This document shows, piece by piece, positions 1 to 12,309 of a stretch of 64,000 bases of DNA (within the stretch, counting starts at the first letter, position 1; each line of letters starts with the position of its first letter). Origin of the DNA: Chiloscyllium plagiosum (lineage: Eukaryota). The stretch lies in NCBI RefSeq assembly GCF_004010195.1, contig NC_057716.1, positions 11,094,235 to 11,158,234 on the forward strand, in the 5' to 3' direction. Made by a program: the position numbers and the translations under genes. The notes beneath the pieces were generated by a model. The model had not been told where the DNA came from. It was given only the letters and a program-made list of their open reading frames with translations, and searched no databases.

Positions 1-332
1 CCCCCCACCTTGTCTCAGTCCCAACCCTCGAACTCAGCACCACCTTCCTAACCTGCAATCTTCTTCCTGACCTCTCTACCCCCACCCCCACTCCAGCCTA
101 TCACCCTCACCTTAACCTCCTTCCACCTATTGCATTTCCAACACCCCTCCCCCAAGTCCCTCCTCCCTACCTTTTATCTTAGCCTGCTTGGCACACTCTC
201 CTCATTCCTGAAGAAGGGCTCATGTCCGAAATGTCAATTCTCCTGCTCCTTGAATGCTGCCTGACCTGCTGCTCTTTTCCAGCAACACATTTTCAGCTCT
301 GATCTCCAGCATCTGCAGTCCTCACTTTCTCC
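1..332 (+). mobile_element. Penelope-like element 3' end/pLTR (family 1) with degenerate hammerhead-like motif
   Basis: CTGAAGA-A-GGGC-TCAT-GTCC-GAAA-TG-TC at 208-235; tail ...gatctccagcatctgcagtcctcactttctcc recurs many times in the window. Confidence 0.7.
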
Positions 333-539
333 TAAACTCCAATGGATACATGGACAACTTGTCCAAACTTTCCACATCTTCAAACAACTCTAATGAAATT
401 GTCAAACATGATATGCATTTCAACAACCTATTTGATTTTGCCCAATTATATCATGATTTTCTAAATGATCCGCTCCCACCTTCTGAATAATGGATTCCAC
501 CATTTTCCCAATGACAGATATGAATCCAACTGGCTGATT

Positions 540-1021
540 GACAAATGGAAGGGGATGGAGTTGGTGGGGGAGATAGCTGAGAATGTGATAGGTAGATGAA
601 GTAGGGGTGAAGGTGATAGGTCGGAGAGAAGGGTGGAGCAGATAAGTGGGAAGGAAGATGAATAGGAAGAGCAGGTCAGGAGGGCAGTGCTGAGTTGGAA
701 GGTTGGATCTGGGATAAAGGGGGGGGAGGTGGGGGTGGAAATGTTTCTCAGATCCAACCTTCTAGCTTGGCATCATCCCCTTGACCTGTCCTACCAGTCC
801 ATCTTCCTTCCCACCTATCCGCTCTATCCTCCTCTCCGACCTAGTACCTTCATCCCTATTTCATCTACCAAGTCTCCTTGGGCCACATCCTCATTCCTGA
901 TGAAGAGCTTATGCTCGAAATGTCGATTCTCCTGCTCCCCGGATGCTGCCTAACCGGTTGTGTTTTTCCAGCACACATTCTTTGAAACCGATCTCCAACA
1001 CCTGCAGTGCTCATTTTCTCC
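540..1021. mobile_element. inverted pair of Penelope-like 3' fragments (family 1)
   Basis: About 600-720 is the reverse complement of about 745-860; CTGATGA-A-GAGC-TTAT-GCTC-GAAA at 897-920. Confidence 0.65.
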
Positions 1022-1112
1022 CAACTGGCTGATAGTTTTAATGTGAAAATGTGTTCATGCAAGCAGAGGAAGGTGATGAGGAATGGACACTGGTTGAGCT
1101 TCTTTCAAGAGA

Positions 1113-1574
1113 GAAGCCGTCAGACTTGTTTGGATGGGTTAGGGTTAGCTTTGGTTAGGGCTCTGAATTGCACATTCATCATAAAAAACGAGATCGTTAG
1201 GGTCAGGGAATGGGATACTGTTAAAATGGTGGAAGTTCGTGGATCTAGACCGGGAGAGACATAATATGGGGCCAAAAAGGAATTGGCAAAAGAAAGAAAT
1301 CCGTAATATGGCAGGAATAGCTGGAAACAGTATGTTTACCAGGAAGCCGTCAGACTTGTTTGGATGGGTTAGGGTTAGCTTTGGTTAGGGCTCTGAATTG
1401 CACATTCATCATAAAAAACGAGATCGTTAGGGTCAGGGAATGGGATACTGTTAAAATGGTGGAAGTTCGTGGATCTAGATCGGGAGAGACATAATATGGG
1501 GCCAAAAAGGAGTTGGCAAAAGAAAGAAATCCGTAATCTGGCAGGAATAGCTGGAAACAGTATGTTTACCAGGA
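1113..1574. repeat. 230-bp tandem duplication (2 copies)
   Basis: gaagccgtcagacttg... at 1113 and 1343; only three substitutions seen. Confidence 0.95.
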
Positions 1575-1775
1575 CAAACAGGTGCTGCTTATAGGTCTTG
1601 GGTCTGAGGTAGAAAAACGCTGCGCAGAATTGATCATCATGATAGATTTGAACCTGAGATAGCTGAGCGCTGCAGATTCAGAGAAAGATAATTTAGGGTG
1701 AATGAGGGAAGCAGAGAAATTGAGATCACCAGTGTCTCTCATTAGCTGGCTGTTCACGATGAAAATGTCAAAGAA

Positions 1776-2118
1776 GGGTGGCATGGTGGCTCAGTGGTTA
1801 GCACCTCTCACCCACAGCACCAGGAATCCAGATTTGATTCCAACCTCGGTCAACTGTGTTGTGGAGTTTTGCACGTTCTCCCCGTGTCTGCGTGGGTTTC
1901 CTCCGGGTGCTCCGGTTTCCTCCCACAATCCAAAGATGTGCAGGTTAGGTGAATTGGCCATGCTAAATTGTCCATAGTGTTCACTGATGTGTAGGTTAGG
2001 GGTATTAGTCAGGGGTAAAGTAGAGTAATAGAGTAGGGGAATAGGTCTGGGTGAAATACGGAGGGTCAGTGTGGACTTGTTGACCTGAAGGGCCTGTTTC
2101 CACACACTGCAGGGATTC
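1776..2118 (+). mobile_element. tRNA-derived SINE (HE1-like)
   Basis: GGTGGCTCAGTGGTTAGCAC A-box head, conserved body, CR1-like tail gtggacttgttg...gaagggcctgtttccacac. Confidence 0.85.
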
Positions 2119-3138
2119 CATAAACATTCTATGAAGTTATGAGACCAGAGAACGGCATCCAGATGGAAGAAGAATTTGGAAGAGGGAGGAGAAAGCGTAG
2201 CTCTGCACGATTGTCTCCTGGTTAAGCAGGCATTCTCTTTATTCTTTCATTTACCCCATCCCCATCCCCATTATAGATTTTATGACATGCACGAGGCTAT
2301 TAAATTTCTTTCCACATTGCATTCAGGTTCATGCTGTGATACTATTAATACTCACTGCAATGACTGCCTGCACCCACAACCTTTCTCAGTAATTTTCAGG
2401 AACTTCTCCTGGACCTCAGTGGGAAAATGCCTTCTCTCCTTGTGTACACTTCTTTCTGCATCAAAGCCTCTGGGCCTGCTTTAAGGAAGCCTGGGCCATG
2501 CTGAAGCTTTTGTGGTTACTCTCTTCTCTTTCACCACTGCCACCTCCTGCTAGTTTTATGTAGTACAGGTTATCATCAAGTAGTGCTAGACTCACACAAA
2601 CTTGGACCTCCTGCTGAGGGGTGCAGCAATTTAGCACTGAAATCCTCGCTATAATCATTGTAACTAGTAAGCATCGCTAGGAAGTTTGTCCACTGCCAGA
2701 CTTACTTTAAACATGCACATAACATCATCCCGGAGCCTGGTTTCAGGGCTTTCCATTGACTCCACGTGTATCTTCCATCTGAAGACACAGCAGCATGCTA
2801 TATATAGCACTGAGGCTGCATTTCTACAAACTGGACTAGGCAAATAGCAAGGATAGGCCAGTTAAGGTTCTTTAAAGGCCTATTCAGACCAATTTTCAGG
2901 GGCTAACTGGAATTTCCAAAAGGCATCAAGAGCTGCCTAGCTGTCTGGAGGCCGTCAAATGCCATACTGGTTTAAAAAACTAAACGTAATCTACAGGACT
3001 GCCATCTGGTCATGATTCAATGTAGTAGAAATGGGATACTGTCTAAATACAGAGTTTAAAGTTTAAAATATTGAGAAATATTTGCATTACTTAATAAAGA
3101 CGAATGGAAGACTCATAATTGTAGCAGTCAAAACTGTG

Positions 3139-3144
3139 TTTATT
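3139..3144 (-). terminator. polyadenylation signal of gamma-crystallin
   Basis: AATAAA on the minus strand 30 nt after the TAA stop. Confidence 0.75.
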
Positions 3145-3174
3145 TCTGAACCAGCATTGAGCTTGTCAAAATAT

Positions 3175-3450
3175 TTAGACATCCATTACACGGCGGAAAG
3201 ATCCAATTGTTGGGCAAGTTGCTCCCCAGTCACTAAACTTCTTGTATTCACCGGGTCTCAGGAAGTACTGTCGCCCTCTGTAATCGGGATGTTCATAGAA
3301 GATCCAGTAACCGTCCATCACATGGCAGGAATGAATGTCACGGTAACGGAAACGATCGTAGACAGATGGACAGTCATCCATGAATTCCATCATCTGCCCT
3401 CCAAAGTCAGGCCTCTCGTAAATTTTCATTCTGTAGGAGCCATCACTGGA
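3175..3450 (-). CDS. CRYG: gamma-crystallin exon 3 (Greek keys 3-4, stop); full protein 175 aa, shark gamma-crystallin S-1-like
   Basis: ctatag|TCC; [91 protein letters not shown]; matches ORF track 3175..3429; closely resembles the bamboo-shark gamma-S1 crystallin as I recall it. Confidence 0.97.
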   Translation of the reverse strand, partial: SSDGSYRMKIYERPDFGGQMMEFMDDCPSVYDRFRYRDIHSCHVMDGYWIFYEHPDYRGRQYFLRPGEYKKFSDWGATCPTIGSFRRVMDV

Positions 3451-4269
3451 CTATAGAGTTTAGAAAATCATTAAACCAAAAACACTAATGTAAATAAAAC
3501 ATGCAAATAAGAGAGAGACAAAACTTGCCAAAAACAATGTGTTGAATTTTACTTTGAAAATAAGATTTTGTTAATAACACACACCATTATTAATGCACAA
3601 AGCAACTAGCAACTTCAAGAGATTAAGAGTTAGATCATTAGCTGTGAACCTTTAGAAGGCACTGGTGCACTTATTTTACTCAATTACCTAATTTTTCATT
3701 AAACTCCCTGCAAAATGTGAGAACTGGAACTCAACCACAATGAAGTTAACAATCTCTGATCATTGTTAATGCAATGCCTCAGGGCACACACTGAACTAGA
3801 AAGGGATCAGTTTAATCGGTCCAACTTAATTCCTGAAGATAATAAATTGTAGGAGATTCTCAAAATGTCAAGTTCAAAATAAATATTTTCTTCATACTTA
3901 TTCTGTTTCTCTTTATCTACTCTTTCCCTCCATGGAAGTGGCAGACTTGGAGGTGGGAAGTGAACTTTAATTAATGGGTTGTAAGCAGACTAGTGTACCC
4001 TTTGCCACCCAGAAATTAAGTTCTAGGTGGGAAGGGTCTAGCGTCAGTTTCCCAGCTCACCTCCAACTGAGGCTCTTAAGTGATCAACTAATGACTACTT
4101 AAAGTGCTGAAACCCACATATGCTTTAAATATTTCAGCTCCAGGTAGGACAAGAAAAAGTCAACATTAAATTAAAAATGGATATTACTAAATTAAACACT
4201 GGCAAATTGATTTCAATGTCAAGAAAATTTTGGACTAAACAAGGATAAATTTGAGTACTTTCTGAGTGT

Positions 4270-4900
4270 CAAAATGCTATAGAGCGTAGAAACCAAAAGA
4301 GACTCAAAAGTCCAAGAACAAAGATCCATATAATGTGATCAACAGGCACAAATTACATTGAGAATACATGCAGGTTAAAGTTATGCTTCAGCAATGCTGG
4401 TTGGGCCATACCTGAGGTATTAGGAGCAGTTCTCGCTGCTATCCACTTTACAAGGATATTGGTGGGAGTATTTACCAAAATTTACCAAACTGACACCTGG
4501 ACTCTAAGATTATACAAATAAGATTTATTTTTATTCCCTGCAAGTAAAAGGGTTAAGGAGTGATTTAATCAAAGTTTTCCAGCTATTAAGCATAGATGCA
4601 AAGAAATTATTTCCACTGATTAAGGAGGCCAGTACTGGGGGACACAAGCCAAAAATTTGAATCAAATGTTTCATGGATGAAATTCCGAAAGATTTCTATT
4701 AACAAAGTGCTACAGAAGTTTACAACTCTCTTCAACGAACATCAATTGATGGATCCATTTTTAGTTTTAATTCTGAGCTTCATAGACTTTTGTTATCCAA
4801 CAATATTTAAGGATACTAGTCCAAGGGATATGGAGTTGGATTGCAGGTCAGACATTAACTTATTGAATGACAGAACGTTCTCAAGAGCTAAATGGTTCTG
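4270..4900 (+). mobile_element. old CR1-like LINE 3' fragment in crystallin intron 2
   Basis: Degenerate CR1 3' motifs (ggttaaggagtgatttaatcaaagtttt, gaaattatttccactg). Confidence 0.5.
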
Positions 4901-5060
4901 GCAGCTATTCTCTGAATGCAATTCCTTCAGTGTTTTGTAACCATCCATCACATCACATTACAGGGCCCGCTACATCTGATATAATAACAGATCAAGAGAA
5001 AAAAATGGAAATTCAGAAATTCAGAAAGTTCTAAAATTCATTCAAGAAATTGAAACTTAC

Positions 5061-5303
5061 ATATGAGTAAGTGCGACATGACCTAATGTTGTCATTGAAT
5101 CCCATCCAGCGCTGGTAGTCAGGGTATTCTCCTTTGGTCAGAACATACTGGTATCCCATGTAATTGGGTTTCTCATACACCACCCAGCAGCCACCCTCAA
5201 CACGGATGGAGTTACAGTGGCTGAAGTAAGGGGACAGGTCGGCACAGTCACTGCTGCACTCATAGTGCCGACCCTGGAAGTTCCTGTCCTCGTAAAAGAT
5301 AAC
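5061..5303 (-). CDS. CRYG: gamma-crystallin exon 2 (Greek keys 1-2)
   Basis: ttttcag|GTT...TAT|gtaagt, 243 nt, phase 0; [81 protein letters not shown]. Confidence 0.97.
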
Positions 5304-5387
5304 CTGAAAAAATAACCATGTCTTAGCTAAGGCTGCACATGTTCAAAGAAATTAATTTAAAATAAATCAAATATAAATTAATTTCAC

Positions 5388-5396
5388 CTTTCCCAT
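5388..5396 (-). CDS. CRYG: gamma-crystallin exon 1 (M-G-K)
   Basis: ATG GGA AAG|gtgaaat; the 9-nt first coding exon and short 84-nt intron 1 are typical of gamma-crystallin genes; TATA box about 70 nt upstream. Confidence 0.95.
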
Positions 5397-5465
5397 TCTG
5401 TCCAATTCGTGTGGATCTCAAAATTTCTGTTCCAGAGACTTCATTTGCAGTAATGTACTGGGCCC

Positions 5466-5532
5466 TTTTATACAACTCAATCAAAATGAGATGTAATGAT
5501 GGTCCATTGTTAGCATAAAACCTTTCTTTTGT
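5466..5532 (-). promoter_or_regulatory. gamma-crystallin proximal promoter: TATA box plus Maf half-site and SOX motifs
   Basis: Minus strand: TATAAAA at 5472-5466; TTTTATGCTAACAATG at 5520-5505 (AT-flanked Maf-like half site overlapping SOX AACAATG); ACAAAAG at 5532-5526. Confidence 0.7.
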
Positions 5533-5986
5533 ATGGTCAACGCAATCTGTTCTCAGAACAAGAAAATAATTCCTGATTCAACATTACAAAAAATCCATTA
5601 TCACAATTTTGTGCTGCATTGTTTTGTCAGTTCTGTAAAAATAAGCTTTTTTGTTTTGGCTTACATACAGCTGTACGTTAATCTCTTAGACAAAAGGACT
5701 TCTGAATCAACGATGTGTGACAACTGAGAGCTGATCCTGTCTAGTCTGAATGAAGGCATTCAATCATACTCTAATTTGTTTCGAAGGGGTAGTGCCCTTA
5801 TGCAATAAATGCTTGGCAAGCCTTTTTCACACTTTTTACAAAAATATTGCAACGTACAAGGCTAACGCTTCTCAGTTCTCATCGCACGTCCAGTGCCCAC
5901 AAACATTATGCAAATCAAGCTGTAATTAAAACAACACATCAGGCTCATGGCGTTTGATTGCAGTTCAAGACCCTGGATTGTGGAAT

Positions 5987-6325
5987 GGCACCATGGTTAG
6001 CACTGCTGCCTCACAATGCCAGGGATCTGGGTTTGATTTCAGCCTTGGGTGACCGTAGAGTTTGCATAGTCTCCCTGTTTCTGTGGGAGTTCCCTCCGGG
6101 TGCTCTGGTTTCCTCCCACAGTTCAAAGATTTAGATTAGGTGGATTGGTTATGCTAAATTGCCTGTAGCTTTCAAGAATATGCAGGCTATGTGGATTGGC
6201 TCTGGTAAATGGGGAGTTACAGGATGGAATGGGAATGCTGGGTCTGGTTAGGATGGTCTTCAGTGATCGGAGCAGACTCGATGGGCTGAAGGCGTCTTGC
6301 CCCACTGTAGGGATTCTATGATTAT
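5987..6325 (+). mobile_element. tRNA-derived SINE (HE1-like)
   Basis: ggttagcactgctgcctcac head; tail ...cactgtagggattctatg. Confidence 0.8.
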
Positions 6326-9164
6326 GAAGTCACGTCCTGCTGGACCTGGGCACTTACCATTGATCACTGCAAGGCTCTGTAATCTTGCTTTTACTATGCA
6401 TTCAGAGTTACATGGAGAAAAGGTGGCAACTTAAAAATGTTACTGATGAAAGAACCATTTCATGAACTGTTAAGAATACTTGAGTAGTTGGCAGTTATTT
6501 TTAAAGTATATTTTCTCATTTTACACTCAACCTTCCTTTGTGCCATTGAATAATCTGTAAATGCAAAAGTCTTTTGAGCTTTGATAGTAATTCTCTGGAT
6601 TGGAAAAGGGTAATTTTGAAGGATAATCAAAACACTCCCATTATTCTATGCCATTGAATGTATGATTTGGGTCTTATATTGGCCTCTTCATCATATGGAC
6701 ATTCATTTCTTGAATCTTCATCTCAATTCATTTACATTATGGCTGATCTTAAAATCAACTTTACATGAGAATAGACTCAAGATTTGACAAAACAAAAATA
6801 AAACATCAGAACTATAGCGATAGAAACTATGGGACAATGAAACTGATTAAATTGGTTCAGAGATACTTTTCTTATACACAGGAGTTCATTAGTGTCTAAA
6901 ATTGTATGCCATCAAATTATTAACATTCTAAACAAACTTCAGCTCCTGGTAGTTTTTGATCTTCAGCAGATATTTCTTTTCATGTGAGAAATGTTACTCA
7001 GGAACAACTGCTGACTAGAACATCCTCGCAAAATGTCATGAGTGGAAAGTAAGAATAATCAATGTGAAGCCAGGCTAAAGCAAGAAAAAGGAAAATAAAA
7101 TACTACAGAAGGTGGAAATCTGAAATACAAACATAAAATGCTGTAAATGCTCAGCTGGTCTGGCAGCACCCGCGGAGAGGGGGTAAAACTTAACATTTTA
7201 AGGACATAGTGTCAAATTAAAGGGGAGAATTTTAGTGGATCTTGGCTGGGAGTTGAAGGAAAGGAGCTGGTAAAATTAAGGGGAGCCACATCTGGATGTT
7301 TTCCCCATGCAATCCTGTTGCCAGGGCAAGACCAGATGTGGGGGAAATCAGATGCAGTGCACTGTCTCTTCCAAGGTGATGAACAGCCAGTTAATATAAT
7401 TCAGAGCCAAGTAAGGAGATGGATCCCAAATCCGTATGATCGGATTTGGTCAATAGTGGAACAGCCATCCACTGCGTGCACTGTGGATGCTAAGGGAACC
7501 AGACATTTTGGGGGAATAAGACTGTCTTGCTATTCTTATAGTGGGATGAATTTTGGGGCTATGTTGCAGGCCCCACCATTGATATCAGAAACAGGAGTGT
7601 CTTTGGATCAACGAGCTGTAAGCAATAACTCAAAAGGCTTGGGAGTCACTTACAGAGGGAGCAGATGAAAACAAGCAAACATTGACGGGCATGGGAATCA
7701 AATCAAAACATGACAGAAACCTAGCATTCTTCTTAGAGAATTGCCAGTGATCAATATATTGGAGACTGACTGTACATCTTTTGAAAAGAAGGAAAGCGGC
7801 AGAAACAATGGTGGAAGAAAGACCTTGAGGGATGCACAGTGATGCCTCTCCTCAGGCTCTCCCCCAGACTTTAAAACCAAGGGATGAGGTTCTTGTTTTC
7901 AGGGATGAAAAGATGGAAGGACACAGCAAGTAACCAAGCAATCCTGGAGAAAGATCGCAGGGAAGGTTAGCTTCAACATTCCTTCTCTTTTCTACCATCG
8001 ATGTGCTGACTAATCATGTTATGTGCACTAACACTAGTCAAGAAGGTGACTCATCATGACCTTCTCGAGAACAATTAAGGATGGGCCACAAATCCTGGCC
8101 TTGTCAGTGACATGATGACCTTTGGGGCACTTGGCTTAGAATTGGCCAACCAAACTGAATAATAGGATTTAAGAAGGCTAAGAATCTTTCAAGTACATTC
8201 TCTGCAGATCCCAGAAAGGATGCAGAGTTGATTGGGCCACAACTTATTGCTAACACAAGAGCATCCTCACTCAAGCGAGTGCTCGTGGACACAATTGATC
8301 CATGGTATCAATGGAGACAAAGGGCGCATTTGAATCCTTCTGCAGGATAGAACAGCACCAATACCATGAACAAAGGAAGGAGTGCAAATGATTAAAGGCA
8401 CCATTATTACCCCCAGAATGGAATAGCAAAACTATCGCTGATAATTATCCACTGTTCTTTGTTTTATTTTAGTGTTTAACTCACTGCCAGGGGTCTTCCA
8501 GGTATGCCCACTTCTGCTCCTCTCTCCAACAAGATTTGCACTCTAACTTTTCTTCTTGTTCTCCATCGTTAATTGTGAGCTTCCCCAGCTCAGCCAAGCT
8601 TAAGTATACATGGGAAGTATATCTGGGGAGTCTTGGACAATGTTATAATTAAATGTAATGTGGCTTGCTTATTTTAACTATTCATTCAATAAAAGTTGCA
8701 ACTGTTTTATCTGTCATCCAATTTGTGCTTATTTGTTGGCCTAGATACTATAAGATACCTGGATAAACTTGTTTAAGTGGTGTATCACAGTTGAATTGTT
8801 TGGACAAGTTGATTTATAAGACAGGGGCCTAGAAGGGATGAAGAGTGAGGTTGATATGGGAAGGTCCACCCCACATTATACTGGTTACCTTGACAGAAGG
8901 AATATTATTTTCAACAAAAGAAATTATATGAAATAGATGACATTGTCATGCTGTGGAATAACAGACTGCCAGAGCTCTCCTGTGATACAGTTAATTCCAG
9001 CACTGTCAATTTTCATGCAGGGGCAGTTGCTGCATAGAACAGATCATCTCTTTGAGTCAATGGAAGAAAGAAAAGTATTTTTTGCAACTTTGCATTAAGA
9101 TAAGGAAGTAGTGGTTTTGGGGTATTCAAACTCTACAGTTAAACACACCCAAATCTTGGATATT

Positions 9165-10080
9165 GTAAGAATTTATATAAATGATTTGAATGAGAATATA
9201 GAAGGCATGGTTAGTAAGTTTGTGGATGACACCAAAATTGGCAGCTTAGTAGACAATGAAGAAGATTTTCTAAGATTGCAAAGGGATTTTGAAAAATTGG
9301 TCAATTGGCTGGAAAATAGCAAATGGATTCAATCTGGATAAATGTAAGGGATTACATTTTGGTACAAAAAGCAAGGGTAGGGCTAAGACAATTAATGATA
9401 GGGTCTTGGATAGTGTTGTAGAACAGAGGGACCTAGGGGTTCAGTTGCATAATTCTTTGGTGTTTGTGTCACATATTAACAGGATGGTTAAAAAGATGTT
9501 TGGCACACTTGCCTTCATTGCTCAGTCCTTTGTGTATAAGAGTTGGGAAGTTATGTTGTGGTTGGACAGGGCATTCTGGAATACTGTATCTAGTTCTGGT
9601 TGCCCAGTTATGGGAAGGATATTATTGAGCTGGAGAGGGTTCAGAAGAGTTTTACCAAGTTGTTGCCAGAAATGGAAGGTTTGAGTTATCACTATATACA
9701 GATGAAGAAGGACACCACTTTGACTGGGACAACATCCATCCTAGGACAGGCGAAACAGAGACACGCACAGAAATTCCTAGAGGCCTGGCATTCAAACTAG
9801 AACTCCATCAATAAACACATCGATTTCGACCCCATTTACCAACCTCTGAGAGAAAGAACCGGAAATGACATGAGTTATGAAGAAAGGATGGATAGGCTGG
9901 CACTTTTTTCACTGAAGTGTAGGAGGTTGAGACAAAACATGATAGAAGTTTATAAAATAATGAGAGGTATAGATAGAGTTAATGGTAGTTGTCTTTTCCC
10001 TAGGATGGGGAATTTCAAGAGTAAAGGACACGTTTTTCAGGTGAGAGGAGAGAGATTTTAAAAAGACATGAGGAGCAAAT
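9165..10080 (+). mobile_element. CR1 (HER1-like) LINE RT/3' fragment interrupted by a Penelope fragment
   Basis: IYINDL...SKFVDDTKIG and LERVQKSFTKLLP motifs; interrupted at about 9687-9870. Confidence 0.85.
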
Positions 10081-10446
10081 GGTTCATGTGTCTTGGTCTG
10101 TTATGGTGGGTGATATCATTTTTGGTTCTTTTTCTCAGAGGTTGGTAAATGGGGTCAAAATCTATGTGTTTATTGATGGAGTTCCGGTTTGAATACCAGG
10201 CCTCTAGGAATTCCCATGTGTGCCTCAGTTTAGCCTGTCCTAGGATGGATGTGTTGTCCCAGTCGAAGTGGTGTGCTTCTTTGTATGATAGACCCACTAT
10301 CACTACATACAGAACACCAGTGCTTCACCGGAGTCTCACTGATGATGTAACCTAGCATGGTGATGAAACGTCTGAGAACAAACCTGCCAGCTCAGTGAGC
10401 AAACTTACAACCTGAACCTCAACCTGAGCTACAAATCTTCTCAAAA
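9687..10446. mobile_element. Penelope-like (family 3) GIY-YIG C-terminal fragments in both orientations plus pLTR
   Basis: HHFDWDNTSILGQAK..EFLEAW on + (about 9700-9870) and - (about 10080-10290); hammerhead-bearing end at 10310-10446. Confidence 0.75.
10334..10377 (+). ncRNA. minimal type I hammerhead ribozyme-like motif
   Basis: TCTCA-CTGATGA-T-GTAACC-TAGCAT-GGTGAT-GAAA-CG-TC^TGAGA: 5-bp stem I, intact core, imperfect stem II, palindromic ACGT stem/loop III. Confidence 0.7.
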
Positions 10447-10563
10447 ATTACAAATAGTATTTTCTGGCTTCATTTGATTCTGTACTGCAATGCCTGAGAG
10501 AGCTTGAACAATTTACAAGAAATACATAAATGCTACAGGACTTCTATTGATCTTCTGTGTTCT

Positions 10564-10908
10564 CTTTATCCCTTTTGTACTGTTACATTGGACAGCTAAC
10601 AATAATGGATAGAGATCGGATAATTGAGCCCAGACTTTTGAGAGTGTCTGCTTTTATTGGGCAACCTCTCATCAGTTGAGTGTTTGTTAGAGAGTTGCAC
10701 CATATTTGAAGTTATTACTCTTTTTGAATAAAAACATTTGTTTTTACCACAACAATGTACACTGAACTCTCTAACAAAGGGTCTCCTGATGAGAGGTTAC
10801 CCAATAAAAGCAAACGTTCTCGAAAGTCTGGGCTCAGTTATCTGATCTCCATCCACTATATTGTTAGTTGGCCAATACAACTGTACAAAAAGTACAAAGG
10901 GGTGAAGT
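10564..10908. repeat. long imperfect inverted repeat (MITE-like fold-back)
   Basis: Arms of about 135 bp (about 10564-10700 and 10760-10908), e.g. tgagcccagactt/aagtctgggctca and cttttattggg/cccaataaaag; about 60-bp spacer. Confidence 0.85.
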
Positions 10909-11939
10909 CAACTAAACTCTCTGTTCATGATTAGTGTAGAAACAGGTTAGGCTGATCTAAGCACTCCTGAATTGTGGGTCCTCATTACTCACATTCATTT
11001 CATGTCTTCTACAACTATTGAGGTATCTTCCTGTGTCTCTTACTAATGACATAACCCTTCACCTGTCTGCTTTATTTTGTGCTTTAAGTTAATGCTGCTA
11101 CATGTACATTGAGATACATGTCCAGAGTATTCGGGCTGTGGGTGTCTGTTCATTCACTTTTCTTTAACTTGCTTTCTCCTTATATCCAAATAGAGCTTTT
11201 CAACTCTGTATGTACTGCAACACTTATTTCTTTACATTTTTAAACAATAGGTTATGTTTATTGAAGTATCTAAGACCTCTCTGTTCACATCCCCATTCTA
11301 GATCCATGTCAGAGCCATGTGATCAGTTATATTATATTTTCTATGAATAACATGAGACCATACTATAAGCCTGGAATTTTCTTATCTTCTGAAACTCAGG
11401 CTATCCTGTCTGGCTCCTCAATTCCTCAGATGCATCTACTGCTCCCTCCAATTCGACCTTGCTGCTTGGCCATAGTTACACGTTTCACACTTTGGCTTCT
11501 TCTCCAGTTAAATTCCCTCTCCCACACTTGAAGCTCCATCAATCACAGTTGTATTTTTCCTCTCCCTCTTTCTTCTCACTCTCACTCACTTTAGCTGCTT
11601 GAGTTGTTAATGTTGGGGTTTAATGTTTAGCTCTGCCCCTCTCACTGAGTTCACTGTTGTTTGCAGCCTATCTATTACAAAGCCGGAGACTTTGTAATAC
11701 ACACACATACTTATTGTACACTAATACACTTTAATGCTGCACTTTGGACTGCTGCACAGACACTTGTCGTGCTGGGACAGGCACACAGGAGGACCAGGCT
11801 GCATCTCAGGCCTGTTCGCTTACAGTCTTAAACCTCACTCACTTTGAGGTTACCTAGATGCTCACAGCATCCTTGCCTTTTTGGACTTTATCCCCTGAGT
11901 ACTTCTGTCTTGTCCTACCTTTTAGTGCAGACACATCAG

Positions 11940-12306
11940 GGAGGTGATGGCCTGGTGGTATTATCAATGGATTATTAATCCAGAGATCAAGGTAATGTTC
12001 TGGTACCAGGGTTTGAATTCAGCCACATTTTGAATTTAATTTTTTTAAATCTAGAATTAAGACTCTAAAGGTCATTATTAGACTCTTAATTCTAGATTCC
12101 TTTTCTTGAATTCACATTCCACCACCATCAACCATGGTGGGATTTGATCCCAGGTCCCCAGAACATTACCTGGGTAACATTGCTGGTTGACTGAAAACCC
12201 CATCTGGCTCACTAATGTCTTTTAGGGAAGGAAACTGCCATCCTCAATGGTCTGCCATACGTGTGACTCCAGATCCACAGCAATGTAGTTGACTCTTAAC
12301 TGCCCT
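11940..12306 (+). mobile_element. tRNA-derived SINE with internal inversion
   Basis: tRNA-like head (gaggtgatggcctggtggtatt...gggtttgaattc); inverted copy at about 12075-12180; tail gtgactccagatccacagcaatgt. Confidence 0.55.
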
Positions 12307-12309
12307 GTC

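Noticed and set aside
1776-1850. tRNA-like sequences (also near 22371, 52811 and 14105)
   Set aside because: These are SINE heads continuing into SINE bodies, not standalone tRNA genes.
3082-3456. 124-aa + strand ORF
   Set aside because: Antisense shadow of crystallin exon 3.
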